Shown here: piece after piece, positions 62,496 through 64,000 of the stretch
Position numbering within the stretch: the first letter of the stretch is position 1
Layout of the letters: each line of letters opens with the position of its first letter
Assembly: GCA_038063515.1 (NCBI GenBank)
Contig: JBBTUY010000004.1
Location: 35,717 to 99,716, forward strand
Direction: 5' to 3'
Source of the DNA: Patescibacteria group bacterium
Lineage (GTDB): Bacteria; Patescibacteriota; Minisyncoccia; Phycocordibacterales; UBA9973
DNA: 64,000 nucleotides
Program-made: the position numbers and the translations under genes
Notes under the pieces: generated by a model
Database searches by the model: none
Told to the model about the DNA's origin: nothing
The model's input: the letters and a program-made list of their open reading frames with translations, nothing else

Positions 62496-63920
62496 CTATC
62501 TCACCTCTTCGAATTTTTTCCCAACTTCAAATAGTAAATCTTCAGCTCCATGAGGTGCCATGAATTGGATACCGAGAGGTAAGTTTTTACCCTCAACCTC
62601 ACTAAATCCTGATGGTATAGATACCGCTGGTACTCCAACCATATTAGCTGTAATAGTAAATATATCTGCCAACCACACAGATACTGGATCACTCTTTTCC
62701 CCTATTTTCCAAGCCACAAACGGAGCAGTGGGAGTAGCAATAATATCAATATCCTTAAAAACTCTATCGAATTCTTTTATTAAAACATTTCTTACGGCTT
62801 GCGCCTTACCATAATACGCATCATAGTACCCATGTGATAAAACATATGTTCCGAGAAGTATACGTCTACGTACTTCCTTTCCAAAACCAACCCCTTTAGT
62901 TAACATATAATCTTCCAGTAAATTAGATCCGTCTTTGTGTAAGCCGTACCTTACCCCATCAAAACGAGCAAGATTAGTGGAAGCCTCAGCAGGCATAATT
63001 ATATAATAAATAGCTAGAGCAATATCAAGATTCTTAATAGAAATATCTTTCATCTTAAATCCCAATGATTCGAGCTTTTTGATAGATTGATTAAAATTCT
63101 CTTTTACCTTGGCGTCAACTCCTTCGGAGTTCACTAGTGACCATGGTATGCCGACAACCATATCTTTTTTTTCTTTATATGAAGGATAGGTATCATCATT
63201 GAAACTCGTGCTATCCATGGGATCATGACCTGTAACAGCATCAAAAATTATTTTTGCATCCTCCGTGTTTTTAGCAATCTGTCCAATACAATCAAGAGAT
63301 GAGCCCATAGCGATAAGACCGTGACGAGACACCCTGCCATATGTTGGCTTGAACCCTACTGTTCCACAAAAAGCCGAAGGCTCACGTACTGATCCACCAG
63401 TATCAGAACCAAGAGATCCTAACGCGAGATTTGCTGCTACGGCCACTACTGAACCTCCAGAAGACCCTCCAGCTACCCTAGATGTATCGTAAGGATTTTT
63501 GGTTACACCGTATGCCGAATTTTCAGTTGATCCTCCCATTGCAAACTCATCTGTATTTGTTCTACCTAGAAACACAACTCCTTGTTTTTTTAGTTTTTCT
63601 ATAACAGTAGCATCATAAGATGCTATATAATTTTCTAGAATTTTTGATGCTGAAGAAACATGCCTTCCTTTGATAAGGATTACATCTTTTATAGCAAGGG
63701 GTATACCTAGAAGTGGAAAAGATTTTCCATCTTTTATCATTACATCAGCTACCTGGGCCTGTTCTAAAACATCATCATATACTTCTAAATAAACGTTTAA
63801 TTCATTATTTTTATTTTTTATTTCATCTAAATATGCCTGTGCTAGTTCAACTGCAGTAAATTCTTTATTATCTAATGCCAAGCGTGCTTTTTTAATTGTC
63901 AGACTTTTTAAATCAATCAT
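62496..63920 (-). CDS. gatA: Asp-tRNA(Asn)/Glu-tRNA(Gln) amidotransferase subunit A
   Basis: AIKD, NTDEFAMGGSTENS, GGSSGGS, GSDTGGSVR, NLARFDGVRYG, RRILLGTYVLS. Confidence 0.97.
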   Translation of the reverse strand: MIDLKSLTIKKARLALDNKEFTAVELAQAYLDEIKNKNNELNVYLEVYDDVLEQAQVADVMIKDGKSFPLLGIPLAIKDVILIKGRHVSSASKILENYIASYDATVIEKLKKQGVVFLGRTNTDEFAMGGSTENSAYGVTKNPYDTSRVAGGSSGGSVVAVAANLALGSLGSDTGGSVREPSAFCGTVGFKPTYGRVSRHGLIAMGSSLDCIGQIAKNTEDAKIIFDAVTGHDPMDSTSFNDDTYPSYKEKKDMVVGIPWSLVNSEGVDAKVKENFNQSIKKLESLGFKMKDISIKNLDIALAIYYIIMPAEASTNLARFDGVRYGLHKDGSNLLEDYMLTKGVGFGKEVRRRILLGTYVLSHGYYDAYYGKAQAVRNVLIKEFDRVFKDIDIIATPTAPFVAWKIGEKSDPVSVWLADIFTITANMVGVPAVSIPSGFSEVEGKNLPLGIQFMAPHGAEDLLFEVGKKFEEVR

Positions 63921-63928
63921 AAATAAAA

Positions 63929-64000
63929 TTACAAAATCTTTTTTACTTTCAGGAAGTTGTCTTGTGTATCTGGAAACTGCTCTAAAATAAGCTCTTTGGA
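63929..64000 (-). CDS. gatC: Amidotransferase subunit C, 3' end (partial)
   Basis: ..ILEQFPDTQDNFLKVKKIL* directly upstream of gatA. Confidence 0.75.
   Translation of the reverse strand, partial: SKELILEQFPDTQDNFLKVKKIL

Overview
AT-rich bacterial chromosome segment with a Patescibacteria/CPR (Parcubacteria-like) signature (inference): shortened ThrS, PheS, PheT and SMC, a full type IV pilus cluster with no secretin, and mostly SD-less gene starts. Housekeeping genes include rpoBC, dnaG, trmD, rpsP, rnr, smc, rnc, nusB, rpmF, thrS, gyrB, pheST, ligA and gatCA. Also present are a tRNA-Ser-adjacent redox block (NirK, DM13, XRE regulator, thioredoxin, DipZ), a HicBA pair, and a REP-associated tyrosine transposase (RAYT) inside the pil cluster. 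Four tRNA genes missed by the ORF track were read directly: Ser(GGA), Ser(GCU), an unusual Ser-like tRNA with ACU anticodon, and an initiator tRNA-Met split by a 233-nt group I intron. The most notable unexplained structures are: (i) an 82-bp palindromic element with an identical 26-bp core but different arms, translated in-frame inside trmD and pheT; (ii) CGG-loop and AGG..CCT REP-like hairpins around the RAYT, flanking a small-ORF cassette, and inside coding genes; (iii) the A34 tRNA-Ser(ACU); (iv) an (AT)12 tract in a promoter spacer; (v) DnaA-box-like 9-mers at near-constant spacing upstream of three pil promoters. All calls are from reading the sequence; no searches were run.
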